A stretch of DNA of 64,000 nucleotides from an uncultured virus (IMG/VR IMGVR_UViG_3300046411_001024) (lineage: Duplodnaviria; Heunggongvirae; Uroviricota; Caudoviricetes). Shown piece after piece: positions 63,991 to 64,000 of this stretch. The position numbers and the translations under genes were made by a program. Within the stretch, counting starts at the first letter, position 1. Every line of letters starts with the position of its first letter. The stretch is from IMG/VR virus record IMGVR_UViG_3300046411_001024; one strand, given 5' to 3'. A model generated the notes under the pieces. That model searched no databases and was not told the origin of the DNA. It worked only from the letters and a program-made list of their open reading frames with translations.

Positions 63991-64000
63991 AGCTTTTTCT

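Noticed and set aside
1..64000. tRNA, tmRNA or rRNA genes
   Set aside because: No cloverleaf with T-loop/D-loop consensus was found in any intergenic gap inspected by eye.

Overview
This is a 64-kb internal fragment of a T4-like myovirus genome, most likely a marine phage of a proteobacterial host (inferred from gene content). 1-12.6 kb is a baseplate/tail/packaging block (gp5, gp27-like hub, gp53, gp48, gp4, gp2, gp54/19-like, gp16, gp26, gp51, tape-measure-like). 13.2-15.1 kb holds gp32-gp59-gp33. Almost all of 12.6-64 kb is on the minus strand and mixes core genes (RNase H, ThyX, NrdA/B, glutaredoxin, primase, endolysin, spanins, virion proteins) with a rich set of auxiliary genes. These include a fatty-acyl module (ketoacyl synthase, desaturase, AcpS, FabI, a distant MaoC dehydratase), a redox/respiration group (AOX, cytochrome c, peroxiredoxin, AurF-like diiron protein), about eight Fe(II)/2OG- or cupin-type oxygenases, and a curli-type operon (CsgF, CsgG, two curlins, FecR) followed by IscU and a CHASE2 adenylate/guanylate cyclase. 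Signals read directly from the DNA include a candidate -1 frameshift fusing gp26 to gp51, two structured intergenic RNAs (one with a pseudoknot inside the lipid cluster), two sigma70-type promoter classes, a CTAAATA late-promoter variant, apparently leaderless mRNAs, and apparent avoidance of ACGT/CCGG/GGCC. No tRNA, rRNA or CRISPR array was found. All calls are by motif recognition; no database searches were run.
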